A stretch of 64,000 bases of DNA from a virus. The notes beneath the pieces were generated by a model. That model ran no database searches. It saw nothing but the letters and a program-made list of their open reading frames with translations, and had not been told where the DNA came from. The position numbers and the translations under genes are program-made. Positions 17,501 to 27,071 of the stretch are shown here, piece after piece. Location of the stretch: positions 26,588 through 90,587 of IMG/VR virus record IMGVR_UViG_3300036819_000331; one strand, given 5' to 3'. The number at the start of each line of letters is the position of its first letter. The first letter of the stretch is position 1.

Positions 17501-17773
17501 ATGTCATTTAAAAGTGAAAATCACGCCCTTAAGCGCCTCTCATCAATCACGTGGAAACCCGACAACGACGGCTTCCTCACGATGGACGGATACTTTACGC
17601 CCGCCGGTGCCCGCACATTGCTGAGCCAGCTTGGAGAGGAAGGCCGCGATGCCCTCGGGCTGGTGTTCATAGCCCACCACAGCAAGGCGATGATGCGGCG
17701 GAGCCAGGCGGAGCGGATTTTTGAGATCGAGGGCCTGCCGCTGAATATTCAGGAACGGGTGAGGGCTCTATGA
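17501..17773 (+). CDS. hypothetical protein
   Basis: GGAGG RBS; ATGA coupling downstream. Confidence 0.6.
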   Translation: MSFKSENHALKRLSSITWKPDNDGFLTMDGYFTPAGARTLLSQLGEEGRDALGLVFIAHHSKAMMRRSQAERIFEIEGLPLNIQERVRAL

Positions 17774-18126
17774 ATCAGTACGTCATCGAAATCCCAGACT
17801 GGCTCCCCACTCCACTGAATAAGCTGATGGGCAACTGGCGGCAGTCGGCAAAGCTGAAGAAGCAGGACCGCGAAATGATATGGGCGTACAGCAGACTCGC
17901 CAAGGTGCCGTATGAGCGGATCAAGCGCAGCGTCGAGTTGATCATCACGCTGGAACCGGCGCAGCGGGCGGTCGATCCGGACAGCTACCAAAAATCGGTA
18001 GGCGACGCCCTGGTGAATAGCTACGCGCTCTGGAATGACAGCCACCTGTGGGTGGAGTGGCTTCCCATAAAGTTTGAGCGCGGCGCGCGAAGGAACACCC
18101 GGATTCTGCTGAGGGATATCGCATGA
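17770..18126 (+). CDS. RusA-like Holliday junction resolvase
   Basis: P.PLN...DPDS..K...DAL....ND pattern. Confidence 0.6.
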   Translation: MNQYVIEIPDWLPTPLNKLMGNWRQSAKLKKQDREMIWAYSRLAKVPYERIKRSVELIITLEPAQRAVDPDSYQKSVGDALVNSYALWNDSHLWVEWLPIKFERGARRNTRILLRDIA

Positions 18127-18521
18127 TCACCCCAGTCCGCATCCAGCGCAAGCGCACCCGCGGCTTCAACCTTCAGGCCGAGAGCCACGCCGTCAACGGA
18201 TTGCCTTGTGTCAGCGTGACTCGCCCCAGCCGGTGGGGCAATCCTTTCGATTTCCGCCGGTTTGGCCGCGAACTCTCGCTCGCGCTTTTCCGAAACACGC
18301 TCCGGGGCTTCTGGAGTCCCGGCCTGGTCGTCGATGTCTCCGATGAGATATGCGATCTCTGCTACACAGCCCATCACAGGTTCCTGAAGGGCCTCGGCGC
18401 GCATCCGCTGGAGATTATAGGCACGGAGTTGGGCGGCAGGAACCTGGGCTGCTTTTGCCCGATGGACGTTTCTTGCCACGCGGATATCGAACTCGAGTTC
18501 GCGAACAGGTGGGCAGCATGA
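18123..18521 (+). CDS. DUF4326 protein
   Basis: P.RIQRKRT.G..V.RPSRWGNPF..L.GRNL.CFCP...CHAD. Confidence 0.85.
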   Translation: MITPVRIQRKRTRGFNLQAESHAVNGLPCVSVTRPSRWGNPFDFRRFGRELSLALFRNTLRGFWSPGLVVDVSDEICDLCYTAHHRFLKGLGAHPLEIIGTELGGRNLGCFCPMDVSCHADIELEFANRWAA

Positions 18522-18721
18522 AACACAAAGTCCTCCCATTCGCCACGTCCCTTGAAAGCACGCAGTTCGCGCTGGAGCAGCTTCTGAAGCGGTTCTGCAA
18601 ATTGGAGACCGCGCATAACGCCAACGGCAAGGAACTGAAGGAGGCCAGGATTCAGCTGAACCTTCAGGGCATGGAAATAAAACGCCTGCGCGAGCGGGTG
18701 GAACGGAGGGACGCGGAATGA
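18518..18721 (+). CDS. small coiled-coil protein
   Basis: ATGA coupling on both sides. Confidence 0.55.
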   Translation: MKHKVLPFATSLESTQFALEQLLKRFCKLETAHNANGKELKEARIQLNLQGMEIKRLRERVERRDAE

Positions 18722-19569
18722 AACCAACCAAGGAGGAACTTATGGGTGCAAAACACGCGGGGGGGGGCGACATGGTTAGCCAGCTTGGCCCGAAACCGGA
18801 ATTGAAGTGGCTCGCGCTCGAAAAGCTTTACGTGGACAGCCGCTACCAGCGGAACACGAAGTCGCGCGCCAGCGAGAAGAACCTCGACTATCTGAAATCC
18901 AGTTTCTCCTGGTCGCACTGCGGCGCTCTTATAGTCTGCTATGTGCCGGCGGAGAAGAAGTTCGCGGTCATCGACGGACAGCATCGCCTGCAGGCCGCGA
19001 TGGCGCGAAAGGACATCGAAGCGCTTCCGTGCCTTGTGGTCAGCGGGCTGGACTTCGAGAAGCAGGCGAAGAGTTTTGTCGCCATCAATACCAAGCGCGT
19101 ACAGCTGAACTCCCTCGCCGCGTTTCATGCGGCAGTGGCATCCGGCGACAAAACAGCCGCCACGCTGAAAGACATTCTCGACGAGTGTGACATTGAAATC
19201 CCGCTTTCGCCGGTGATGAGGGGAGAAACGGGTCCCCGGCAGATGCAGTCGCCTGGAACGTTGGCGGCTCTCGTCGGGAAATATACCGGCAAACAAATCT
19301 GTTGGACACTCAAGATCATTCCCGAGGCATACGGCGAACAGAAGGGCCGTATGCGGGCGCTCCTCATCAAGGCATTGGTAACCTTCGCGAAATACACACC
19401 AGACATCGATCAGAAGCGCATGGTGAAAGTGCTTTCGGCGATCGATCCGTTGCAACTCGAAATCGATGCGCGAGCCTATGTGAGCATTTCCGGCGGGACA
19501 ACGGTCGCCGCGGCCGTGCAAGCAATTGATCGGCTCTACCGTAACGCTGGGAGGAAAAACGCAGCATGA
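18718..19569 (+). CDS. ParB-like N-terminal domain protein (DUF6551-like)
   Basis: L.VD..YQR...F.W..CG.L...VIDGQHRL.AA..A..F..IN. Confidence 0.75.
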   Translation: MKPTKEELMGAKHAGGGDMVSQLGPKPELKWLALEKLYVDSRYQRNTKSRASEKNLDYLKSSFSWSHCGALIVCYVPAEKKFAVIDGQHRLQAAMARKDIEALPCLVVSGLDFEKQAKSFVAINTKRVQLNSLAAFHAAVASGDKTAATLKDILDECDIEIPLSPVMRGETGPRQMQSPGTLAALVGKYTGKQICWTLKIIPEAYGEQKGRMRALLIKALVTFAKYTPDIDQKRMVKVLSAIDPLQLEIDARAYVSISGGTTVAAAVQAIDRLYRNAGRKNAA

Positions 19570-20081
19570 GCGATGTGGAGGGTCTGATAACGGCACTTGG
19601 CAATGAAGGCGCCAGCGCGGCGACAATCACCGATGAGCTGAACCGCCGGGGCTTCTGCGACCGCCGGAAGATGCCATTCACGCGGGAGACCGTTGAGAGC
19701 TATCTGCGGATGCTCGGTATCGGCCCATCCCTCCCTTTTCCCGCTCTCGAACTCTCGACCCCGGAACCTTCTTCCCCAACTGAAGCGCCCCCCGCGGTGT
19801 TTCACGATCCACTGAAGAAGCTGCAAGCCGAGGCCTATCAGGCTGGCGAAGACCTACCTCCTGCCGAGCCACTTTCCATCAACAGCAAAGAAGGGGCACC
19901 GCTGGGCGAGCCGCGCTATCACCCCGGCGTTCTTGGGCAGTGGCCTACGGGCATAAATTACGGCGGCGATAATTGCTACCCCGACGCGCCTCCTTACAAC
20001 TACACCCATCCCGGCCGGTACTGCGGCAGCGATCTGCGCGGTGGAAGCAGCGCCTCTCAAGCTCTCATGGGAGGACACTGA
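19566..20081 (+). CDS. hypothetical protein with recombinase-type HTH N-terminus
   Basis: I.DELNRRG.....F...TV; Pro-rich C-terminus. Confidence 0.55.
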   Translation: MSDVEGLITALGNEGASAATITDELNRRGFCDRRKMPFTRETVESYLRMLGIGPSLPFPALELSTPEPSSPTEAPPAVFHDPLKKLQAEAYQAGEDLPPAEPLSINSKEGAPLGEPRYHPGVLGQWPTGINYGGDNCYPDAPPYNYTHPGRYCGSDLRGGSSASQALMGGH

Positions 20082-20374
20082 TGCCCCCCACCGTGTTTCC
20101 CGCAACGCGATCAGCCGACTGGTACCGGACCCACCTCTTCGTGGCACAGGCCTCTCCCACGGTATGGAGCGCCGAGAAAGCCCGCATCCGCACCCTCGAA
20201 TGGAAACGGCCCGCGAAGATTCGCATCACCGCCTGCATGCTGTGCTGCACCCGCCCGATTGACGCCATAACCATCCCGCAGGGCGATACCTACCTGCTGG
20301 AACGCCTCGGCCTCACCCACCTGGGCGACACAAAGAACCGGAAGCTGGCGCAGCAACTTCGGGAGTTCCCATGA
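20081..20374 (+). CDS. hypothetical protein
   Basis: GGAGG RBS; TGATG/ATGA coupling. Confidence 0.5.
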   Translation: MPPTVFPATRSADWYRTHLFVAQASPTVWSAEKARIRTLEWKRPAKIRITACMLCCTRPIDAITIPQGDTYLLERLGLTHLGDTKNRKLAQQLREFP

Positions 20375-20604
20375 CCGCGAAAATTCTGTCCATAAGCTCC
20401 GTCCCCCGCAGCGCCGCCCACCAATGGAAGGAAGAGGCTGTGCTCGAAGGCTTCCTGAAGGCCCTGAAAGCCCTCACCGCACTCAAGCCATGCAGCACGC
20501 GCGAGACCATATCCGCACTGGAGAACTGGGCCGCGAGCGGGATGCTGAGCGAGGCGGAGGTTGCGGCGTTGATGGAATTTCACGGTTGGGAGCGCGGGTC
20601 ATGA
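20371..20604 (+). CDS. hypothetical protein
   Basis: ATGA coupling on both sides. Confidence 0.55.
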   Translation: MTAKILSISSVPRSAAHQWKEEAVLEGFLKALKALTALKPCSTRETISALENWAASGMLSEAEVAALMEFHGWERGS

Positions 20605-21083
20605 AAGCACTCAGCATCGGCCAGAAGCATGGCAACGATCAAGACCGCAACGGAGTACCATCAGCGAATGGAGACGACAAGCCAGTGAGAGTATCGAGGC
20701 ACGCACAAGAGATCATCAACATGAAAATCGAGCCGGACGAGATAGTCTCGCTGGTGCAGGAGATGGCCAAGCGCCACGACGAAGGTAAACCCACAGGCTG
20801 GGAAGCCGGCGCAATCATCCTTGCCCGCCTATATCCCGGACGCCCCGCAAGGGCGCATTGCATCTCGGAGCGCATGCAATGCCTTGCTGAGATGGCAAAA
20901 GATGTGCGTATGCGCGGTTGGAGCTTTGAGGGCCCGGAGGATGGCTGCCTGATCACGAATGAGGCGGTATTCCGCGGTGCGGCCTTGTGCCCGATGCGCG
21001 CCGGTCAGAATCGGGTGCGCTTCGATCCGGATGAGTTTTTCGCCATTGTCCTTGCAGAGACGCCGTCGGAGGGAAAAGCATGA
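20601..21083 (+). CDS. hypothetical protein
   Basis: ATGA coupling; start uncertain. Confidence 0.5.
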   Translation: MKALSIGQKHGNDQDRNGVPSANGDDKPVRVSRHAQEIINMKIEPDEIVSLVQEMAKRHDEGKPTGWEAGAIILARLYPGRPARAHCISERMQCLAEMAKDVRMRGWSFEGPEDGCLITNEAVFRGAALCPMRAGQNRVRFDPDEFFAIVLAETPSEGKA

Positions 21084-21138
21084 GGTTGCCCGCAATGCAT
21101 ATTTGCACCACACGGTATGGCGTTGGAGGCGCAGCGCC

Positions 21139-21981
21139 ATGAGCAAAATATTCCGGTTCGATTGCTATCCCCACGACTGGCTGCTCGATACCTCCCGCCT
21201 GACTCCTGAAGATCGCGGCATCTATGTCCAGATCGTCATGCTTATTTACGCGCGCGGCGGCCACATCGACAATGACCCGAAGTGGATTTCCGGCTCCTGC
21301 AATTGCTCGTCCCGGTTGGTGTCAGCGTCCATTTCGCGGCTTGTTGAGATGGACTTCATCCAACTTTCAGCCGGCAAAATCACCCAGAAACGTGTCCAAC
21401 GTGAGCTGAACACCAAGCGAGCGCAGATTGAAAGCGGTGCGAACGGTGGCCGGAAGACAGCCGAAAATAAGCCAGAAACCAGTAAAGACAATGGCATAAC
21501 ACCAAGGATCGAGACCTCCGACCCACCCAGCTCTAACCCTACCCCTAATCCTATCCCTAACCCTATAAGTAATCCCCCTGTGTCCCCCACAGAATCGGGA
21601 TTCAGTTTTCTCGACCGCTCGCGACTCGACCCTGTAATTCCCGCGGAGTGGCTGGCAGTGTGCCGGGGCGAGATGGGCTGGCCGGAAAACATCGCCATGG
21701 ACATCTGGACGAAATTCAGCGGCCACCAGGGGCGGAAGGTCGGGCATGCCGCGCTGAAGACCAGCGAGGAATGGGGCGCGGAGTGGCGGACGTGGTACCG
21801 GAAGGAAAACATCCCCGCGCAGAGGCTTAAGGCTGCTGCGGCGGTTGAGACTGCGGTGCCGCGCACGCCGGAGGAACAGGCCAAATACGACGCCGAGCAA
21901 CGCTCCTGGCATCTCAAGATGGGAAAGCAGCACCCGGTCTACAACCCTGAAGGCAAGACCGTCCTGGAGGCCAACACATGA
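21139..21981 (+). CDS. DUF1376/YdaU-family phage replication initiator
   Basis: F..YP.DWL.DT..LT.E.RGIY..I...Y; GANGG; PNPIPNP linker; position after early genes. Confidence 0.8.
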   Translation: MSKIFRFDCYPHDWLLDTSRLTPEDRGIYVQIVMLIYARGGHIDNDPKWISGSCNCSSRLVSASISRLVEMDFIQLSAGKITQKRVQRELNTKRAQIESGANGGRKTAENKPETSKDNGITPRIETSDPPSSNPTPNPIPNPISNPPVSPTESGFSFLDRSRLDPVIPAEWLAVCRGEMGWPENIAMDIWTKFSGHQGRKVGHAALKTSEEWGAEWRTWYRKENIPAQRLKAAAAVETAVPRTPEEQAKYDAEQRSWHLKMGKQHPVYNPEGKTVLEANT

Positions 21982-22099
21982 CAGCCCAGCTCGCAGGTGG
22001 CGTGAAAAATAACAGCGGGCAGCACGGGCGGTGGGGTTCTTTTCGCACTTACCTTCCCTGCCGTGACCGTGCATTTAACCCTCAACGAATGGTAGTTGT

Positions 22100-22339
22100 A
22101 TGTCTGTCTTGCAGCTTTTGAGAATCTTGTGGTGGGGGCTGGACACCACCCTAAGTTTTGGAGCGGTGCCATTGTGGCTGCTGACCGGGCGAGAAGTTTA
22201 CAACGGCCTGATTGCGACTGGGTACTCGTTAGCGGTATGCGGCGGTTTTGCATGCTTCGTGACGGCATGGTTCGTGCTTATCGGGATTTGCAAGAGGACC
22301 GCCGAGCGGAGTGAATTATGGAGCGCTGGGAATGTCTGA
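22100..22339 (+). CDS. possible small two-TM membrane protein
   Basis: Hydrophobic ORF; competing frames. Confidence 0.35.
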   Translation: MSVLQLLRILWWGLDTTLSFGAVPLWLLTGREVYNGLIATGYSLAVCGGFACFVTAWFVLIGICKRTAERSELWSAGNV

Positions 22340-22727
22340 TGCGCTCTTCCGCCAATGGGTCCAAACCCTCCCATCCTGCCTCGACGGAAAGTCATTTTCC
22401 GAATGGATCCCCACCATCGGGGAGTGGCGAAACCTCGCGTGCCATATCCGCCGCGCCGGGCGTTCGGGAATTGGCTTCAAGGAGGCCTACGCCGTCGTCC
22501 CGATGACTGACGGGCAGCATCGATATCAACATCAGCACGGCGAACTCGCCTGCCTCCGCAAATTCACTCGCGATCCCCAGCTCATCTGCACGCTCGACAA
22601 TGCCTCGCCGTTTGAGGCGGAGCGTCTGGCGGGTGAGTGGTTCGATGCGCAGGTGGAGAAGTACCGGGCGATGTGGCGGCGCATGGTTCAAAACGGGGAA
22701 TTACCTTTAACCGCAGGGAAATGCTAA
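22311..22727 (+). CDS. DUF968/HNH-like protein
   Basis: ACHIRR...G.G.K....VP....H..QH.HGE. Confidence 0.6.
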   Translation: MNYGALGMSDALFRQWVQTLPSCLDGKSFSEWIPTIGEWRNLACHIRRAGRSGIGFKEAYAVVPMTDGQHRYQHQHGELACLRKFTRDPQLICTLDNASPFEAERLAGEWFDAQVEKYRAMWRRMVQNGELPLTAGKC

Positions 22728-23302
22728 TGAACAACAAAAAAGGAGACACCACCATGCAGGCAGCGCCAGTCGAGGATACCGGATTCATCGACATGAGGGA
22801 GCAGCTGGCACCCAAGCAGGTGAAGGCGTATGTCGAGCACCAGCGGGAGCGGGGCCATGTCGAATTCAATAACGGCTCCATCCTCGTGAAGAGCCGTCAC
22901 CCGCTCGACCAGTGCCTGCGGCGGGGCATCATCGAGGCCCACCACCATGACAGCGGCAAGCGCATCATGACGATCCGGGACTGCGCGTTCTCCCGCACGT
23001 CCGGCCGCATCTACAATGACCTCGGGCAGGGCGATAGTGGCATCGATGCCATGACGCTGTTCACGGAGGCCAGCCGGGCGATGATGAAGCTCGGCAACCC
23101 GAAGTTCGGCGGCCTCTGGGGTCTCATCAAAATCGTGTGCTTCAGCGAGCCGGATATCGATGGGAACTTCTTCAGCGAGGCGGAATACTCAGCGCTCTAC
23201 GGGCTCGGGCCGAATATTCAGAACGCGTTTGAGGAGTTGGATAAGGCGTTGGGGGAGGCGAGGGAGGCGATAAAAACGCGTCTCACGAATTCGCAGCGGT
23301 AG
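22727..23302 (+). CDS. putative late-gene regulator (DUF6456-like)
   Basis: PLD..L.RG.I...H...G.R motif; last early gene before the late leader. Confidence 0.5.
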   Translation: MNNKKGDTTMQAAPVEDTGFIDMREQLAPKQVKAYVEHQRERGHVEFNNGSILVKSRHPLDQCLRRGIIEAHHHDSGKRIMTIRDCAFSRTSGRIYNDLGQGDSGIDAMTLFTEASRAMMKLGNPKFGGLWGLIKIVCFSEPDIDGNFFSEAEYSALYGLGPNIQNAFEELDKALGEAREAIKTRLTNSQR

Positions 23303-24536
23303 TATTTTTCGGGGGACGTGGCATGCCGCATTGTTCGCACACCTTGGCGAAAAAGGGTTCCATGGCGGCGAGTGGGTCTTCGCCGACGCGATAATCCCCC
23401 TCGACCTCGATGAGATCGCTGGCACACGGACCAACCGGGCGCGCGAAGTTGGAGAAGCCCATTGAGCGACCTCGCACACCCTCAAATCCGGCAATCCAAT
23501 GAAAAGGCCCTGGAATACCAAAGCGATCACGCAGGAACTCGGCACCTCGCAACAGACTGTTCGAAAAACCAGACTCATCAAGCAGGATAAGCTTTGGTAG
23601 GTTCTGCAAGGGAAAGGTGTCTATCAGCCACAATTCGCCATCAATAAACATAAAGACAACCGCAGGCGCGAGATTAGAGTCCAGAACGGGTGCTAGGCCC
23701 GCGCCATCCGCGCCTCGCAAGTCAAAACTGCTTGTGTAGCCGTTATACAGCGGCAGCGTGGATAAATCTTTAACCTGTTTCCTGATAGCAATGACATTAA
23801 ACGGCTCCGTTGGGGGCGTTTGAGGAATAACCCTGAGCCAGAAGGCGGCTCCGTCAGACAGTAATGCCTCAGATTCAGGCCTCCCGTTCAGACTGGCGAT
23901 GGGATGCTTATAAAATCCGATTGGCTCCCCCTTGGCACGGAACCTCGCCCTACCATCTAGCGGGCGTCGGTACTCCCGTGGTTTAACTGGCGCGAGGCTT
24001 GACTTGTAGGTCTCGGCTGCGAGGATTTGTCTAATCTCGATTTCGAGAACTTTCGAGAGGTGCTCGCGCTGGGCTTTTCGTTCGTCGTCGGACGCTCCAT
24101 CTGGTACGTCGTATGGAGACGGGAATGCGTGATGCGCAAGGTCGAACGGCATCGTTGCCCTGTTGGGTTTTCCGTACGCCGTATTCATCACGGGGACAAT
24201 CCTGCTGTGCCCCAAACTCTTAAGGGCATACCCGTATTCGATCAGCACATTAGGGTTCGGAGTCGGCTCGCCATTCTTGCGTTCAGCGACGAACGTCAAG
24301 TCAGGAACGAAAATGGCGGCTCGATCGATCTTGCCAAGGATCGTATCGAATATGGGCGGAGATCCGGGAACCCCCTTAATGTCCTTATCAAGAACCAGTT
24401 CGTGAGGGCGCTCATCGATAGTAAGTTCCTTCGAAATTCGTTCCAGAGCGGACTTGAGCGCTCGTTCTATGAGGTTGCGCCCTTCCTTCGTCGGCCTATC
24501 CGATTGCCACGAGAAGAAAACCGTTGCGGTGCTCAT
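23283..24536 (-). CDS. TIR-like/nucleoside-deoxyribosyltransferase-like domain protein (moron)
   Basis: VFFSWQSD..D.D..GVPGSP.I..TI..KI....IFV.DLT..PNPNVLIEYGYA. Confidence 0.75.
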   Translation of the reverse strand: MSTATVFFSWQSDRPTKEGRNLIERALKSALERISKELTIDERPHELVLDKDIKGVPGSPPIFDTILGKIDRAAIFVPDLTFVAERKNGEPTPNPNVLIEYGYALKSLGHSRIVPVMNTAYGKPNRATMPFDLAHHAFPSPYDVPDGASDDERKAQREHLSKVLEIEIRQILAAETYKSSLAPVKPREYRRPLDGRARFRAKGEPIGFYKHPIASLNGRPESEALLSDGAAFWLRVIPQTPPTEPFNVIAIRKQVKDLSTLPLYNGYTSSFDLRGADGAGLAPVLDSNLAPAVVFMFIDGELWLIDTFPLQNLPKLILLDESGFSNSLLRGAEFLRDRFGIPGPFHWIAGFEGVRGRSMGFSNFARPVGPCASDLIEVEGDYRVGEDPLAAMEPFFAKVCEQCGMPRPPKNTTAANS

Positions 24537-24543
24537 TAGTTCG

Positions 24544-24825
24544 TCAATCAGTAGTTATGGTATCGCGATATACAGTGAAGGCCAGGTCAAAGATTTCCTC
24601 GGCAATCGCAGTCAATTCCGGTCGCCGAACTCCGTCGAGATTCTCCAAGGCTTTGTTGATCCGCACAAGTCGCTCGCGGTATTGCGGCGGCGATGTTTCG
24701 CCAAGCGGAAGAAGGGTGATTTTCGCTCCGAGGAGCCGCGACTTGAGCTTTTCATCAATCGTGGCGAGGAGTTTGCATGCGCTGTAACAACGCTCCGCTA
24801 CCGACAGATCTGCATTTCTGGCCAT
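24544..24825 (-). CDS. small helical protein upstream of the TIR-like gene
   Basis: 7-nt gap to the next ORF, same strand. Confidence 0.45.
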   Translation of the reverse strand: MARNADLSVAERCYSACKLLATIDEKLKSRLLGAKITLLPLGETSPPQYRERLVRINKALENLDGVRRPELTAIAEEIFDLAFTVYRDTITTD

Positions 24826-25261
24826 GGTCGAATTCTACCCCAGAGTAGGAAGAATAAGGAGGCCACGCTTTTGGGCTTGCGTTTTTCTAATATTCGTGTA
24901 AATTGCAAATCGTTGACACGCCCTTTTTGTCTCTAGCGTTTGGAGCGCATGAATTCGCAGAAACGCTTGGCCTTCCGATCTTCAACCGTATCTTTTCCCA
25001 CCGAAATCGACGCCGGTTCGTGCCAGGCGGCCCGTATTGAGGCCGCGATGTCGAAGCCTGTCCTCCGTGTTGCCGTAACGCCGGAATGGCTGGCGGAGAA
25101 TGCGGTGAAGCAGCTGGCGTATGAGGAGAAGTTCCGCGCGTGGCGTAAGCTGCATCCGTCGCGTAATACGACTCAATAGCAATTTTCACGGGGACGGCAC
25201 AATCCGCAAGGACGCGTGCGCGGGGTGAGAAAACCCTGAGTAATCGTCCCCACTAAACATG

Positions 25262-25290
25262 CCCCGCGGGTGAGCGGGGATTTTCATTTT
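25262..25290 (+). terminator. terminator-like hairpin in the late leader
   Basis: CCCCGC-gggtga-GCGGGG followed by ATTTTCATTTT. Confidence 0.5.
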
Positions 25291-25308
25291 CAACTGACGT
25301 TCGAGTTT

Positions 25309-25809
25309 ATGGGTAGGAAAGCGCCGAAGAAGCTGGTGAAGTTCAGCTCCGAACTCGGCGAGTTGATCTGTTCGCTGCTGGCCGAAGGACAGAGTCTGCG
25401 GAAGATTTGCTCAATCGATAGCATGCCGCGAGTATCGACGGTGATGTATTGGTTGGCGAAAGGCGCGGCGAAGACAAAGCCATTCGACGCATTCCTTGAG
25501 CAATACGCGATCGCGCGCGAGGCTCAGGCTCAGGTTTACGTCGATCAGATCATCGATATTGCCGATGATGACGAGGGTGATTTCGGCTTCAAGTCGGAAG
25601 ATACCGAAGAGGGCGCGAGCGGCAAGCCCGTCGTCCTAATTGACAACGTTCATCGGGCGAAACTGCGGGTTGACGCCCGCAAATGGATTGCCTCGAAGCT
25701 TCTTCCGAAGAAGTACGGCGAGAAGATTCAGCAGGAACACAGCACCAAAGACGATAAGCCCATACCGATATTCACGCTCAACATCGGCCAGAAGACGCCC
25801 GATGCATGA
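25309..25809 (+). CDS. terS: terminase small subunit (Sf6 gp1-like)
   Basis: IC..LAEG.SLR.IC...MP..STV..WL..F..QY..ARE..IAD..A.LRVDARKW.ASKL.PKKYG. Confidence 0.9.
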   Translation: MGRKAPKKLVKFSSELGELICSLLAEGQSLRKICSIDSMPRVSTVMYWLAKGAAKTKPFDAFLEQYAIAREAQAQVYVDQIIDIADDDEGDFGFKSEDTEEGASGKPVVLIDNVHRAKLRVDARKWIASKLLPKKYGEKIQQEHSTKDDKPIPIFTLNIGQKTPDA

Positions 25810-27053
25810 ACATCCAGTACCAACGGCCGCCGCTGTATCCCAAGCAACTCGCCGCCATCTTCCATGACAAGCGATACGGTTTCATAGAAGCGAGTACCAA
25901 GGCCGGCAAGACCGTCGGAAACATGGCGTGGATTCTGGAAAAGACCCTTATCGGATCCAAGCCGAATCAGAACCGCTGGTGGGTCGCTCCTGTATACGGT
26001 CAGGCGGAAATTGCCTACACGCGCATGAAGCATGGCCTTCCGAAGGGCATATTTGATGCGCACGATACGAAGCTTCGCCTCTCGTTCATCAACGGCGCAA
26101 ATATCTGGTTCAAGTCCGGCGAAAAGCCCGACAACCTCTACGGCGACGACGTTTACGATGTCGTCATCGACGAAGCGAGCAGGCTGCGCGAGGAAGCTTA
26201 TACTGCGATCCGAAGCACGCTTACCGCGACGCGCGGTGCGCTCAGGGCCATAGGCAACGTCAAGGGACGTAAGAACTGGTTCTACCGCCTCTGCCGAAAA
26301 GCCCAGGCGGGCGATCCGACAATGGAGTACCACAAACTCACCGCATATGACGCGGTCGAGGGTGGCGTCCTGGCGGCGGAGGAAATCGAATCCGCGAAGC
26401 GGGAGTTGCCGGAGAATGTCTTCCGGGAGCTTTACCTTGCCGAGCCTTCAGATGATGGCGGCAACCCGTTCGGCATCGCAGCGATTCAGGCGTGCGTTAA
26501 GCCGCTTTCGACCTTACCCGCAGTCTCCTGGGGCTGGGATTTAGCAAAATCCTACGACTGGTGCGTCGGAATCGGCCTCGACAGGAACAGCGACACTTGC
26601 CGGTTCGAACGTTTCCAAAAGCCTTGGCAGGACACGATTTCCTACATAAGGAATGTTACCGGCAATGTCCCGGCGCTTGTGGACAGTACCGGAGTCGGTG
26701 ACCCGGTGCTTGAGGCTCTCCAGGCAAACGGCGGCAACAATTTCGAAGGCTTCAAGTTCTCGCAGCTGAGCAAACAGCAGCTCATGGAAGGGCTGGCGGT
26801 CGCGATACAGCAAAAGCACGTCGGCTACCCGGCTGGCGTCATTGTCTCCGAGCTTGAACAGTTCGAATACGAATATACGCGCACCGGAGTACGTTATAGC
26901 GCCCCGGAAGGATTTCACGATGACTGCGTATGCGGTCTCGCCCTCGCGGTGCGCAGAAAGACAATTCCGCTGCCCGGCGCTGGCTGGCTCGCCTACGCCG
27001 AGTCGCAGGCCGTCGAAGCGCAGAAAGCCGCAGAGAAAGCCAAACACCCTTAA
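25806..27053 (+). CDS. terL: terminase large subunit
   Basis: STKAGKT Walker A, VVIDEA Walker B, GWDLA, DSTGVGDP, HDDCV nuclease motifs. Confidence 0.9.
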   Translation: MNIQYQRPPLYPKQLAAIFHDKRYGFIEASTKAGKTVGNMAWILEKTLIGSKPNQNRWWVAPVYGQAEIAYTRMKHGLPKGIFDAHDTKLRLSFINGANIWFKSGEKPDNLYGDDVYDVVIDEASRLREEAYTAIRSTLTATRGALRAIGNVKGRKNWFYRLCRKAQAGDPTMEYHKLTAYDAVEGGVLAAEEIESAKRELPENVFRELYLAEPSDDGGNPFGIAAIQACVKPLSTLPAVSWGWDLAKSYDWCVGIGLDRNSDTCRFERFQKPWQDTISYIRNVTGNVPALVDSTGVGDPVLEALQANGGNNFEGFKFSQLSKQQLMEGLAVAIQQKHVGYPAGVIVSELEQFEYEYTRTGVRYSAPEGFHDDCVCGLALAVRRKTIPLPGAGWLAYAESQAVEAQKAAEKAKHP

Positions 27054-27071
27054 CCCATCACAGGAGTTCTT

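Noticed and set aside
18759-18767. G9 tract as a phase-variation switch
   Set aside because: Frame is intact and the tract may simply precede an alternative start at 18771; no evidence without reads
25190-25251. tRNA gene
   Set aside because: Only 62 nt with two arms, no D arm or TTC T-loop; kept only as a structured leader
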